NCBI RefSeq assembly: GCF_964188315.1
Contig: NC_135656.1
Location: 3,162,001 to 3,226,000, forward strand
Reading direction: 5' to 3'
DNA: 64,000 bases
Source of the DNA: Podarcis muralis
Lineage: Eukaryota
Under the pieces are notes generated by a model. That model ran no database searches, had not been told where the DNA came from, and was given only the letters and a program-made list of their open reading frames with translations. The position numbers and the translations under genes are program-made. Of the stretch, positions 63,614-64,000 are shown piece after piece. Position 1 is the stretch's first letter; every line of letters starts with the position of its first letter.

Positions 63614-63656
<43 letters not shown>
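63614..63656. repeat. (CA)n microsatellite
   Basis: Directly visible. Confidence 0.95.
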
Positions 63657-63659
<3 letters not shown>

Positions 63660-64000
63660 CGCTGCTGCCTGTGGCATCTGGAAGGAGGGGAGTACAAAGC
63701 CCCCACCCCTCCAAGCTCAGAGGCCTGTCTATCCTTTGCAGATGTGCCATAAAAATGCAATGTCTTCCTTTTGCTAAGAAGCAGCCCAGCTCATCCGGCT
63801 GTGAGGCCTGCTAGCTGTGCAGTTGGCCTGTTGAGATGTACAGCCTAGACTTCCTCCTAGAGTTTCCCACATCCTGGCGACCTCCCCTCTGCCTCCCATG
63901 GGCTGGTCCAGATGTTTTCCCAGGCCAGGGCTTGCTGGAGGGATCAAGCCAGAGGGCTTGGGAGGGGGAGGCAAGAAGCTTCCTCCAGAACAACACACAC

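Noticed and set aside
1-64000. CRISPR arrays, operons, phage or defence systems
   Set aside because: The sequence is intron- and TE-rich vertebrate DNA. There are no regularly spaced repeat-spacer arrays or gene-dense coding regions.

Overview
This is vertebrate genomic DNA from a squamate reptile (Sauria SINEs present; lacertid-like lizard is my inference), not a microbial window. The only host gene I can support is the 5' end of tensin-2 (TNS2/TENC1) on the + strand. It has a first coding exon at 32052-32132 (MKPRNTMDTLLRVLGRRDSTRVPSGRR), a probable alternative upstream first exon ending ...ESMK at 22831, and two C1-domain exons at 52789-52900 and 53223-53260. I could not find the next exon in the window. 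The rest is intergenic or intronic and dense in transposon relics: L1, L2 and CR1 LINE fragments, Sauria/Squam3/tRNA-derived SINEs, Tc1/mariner-type, hAT and PIF/Harbinger-like MITEs (several with verifiable TSDs), two hAT transposase C-terminal relics, a probable solo LTR and microsatellites. The most striking structure is a recent Penelope-like insertion (26308-26528, 14-bp TSD). It forms a perfect 93-bp inverted repeat and carries an intact minimal hammerhead ribozyme antisense to TNS2 plus a core-broken copy on the sense strand. I found no CRISPR array, rRNA, genuine tRNA or clearly novel protein system. Nearly all ORFs in the supplied track look spurious or TE-derived. All homology calls are from memory, not from searches.
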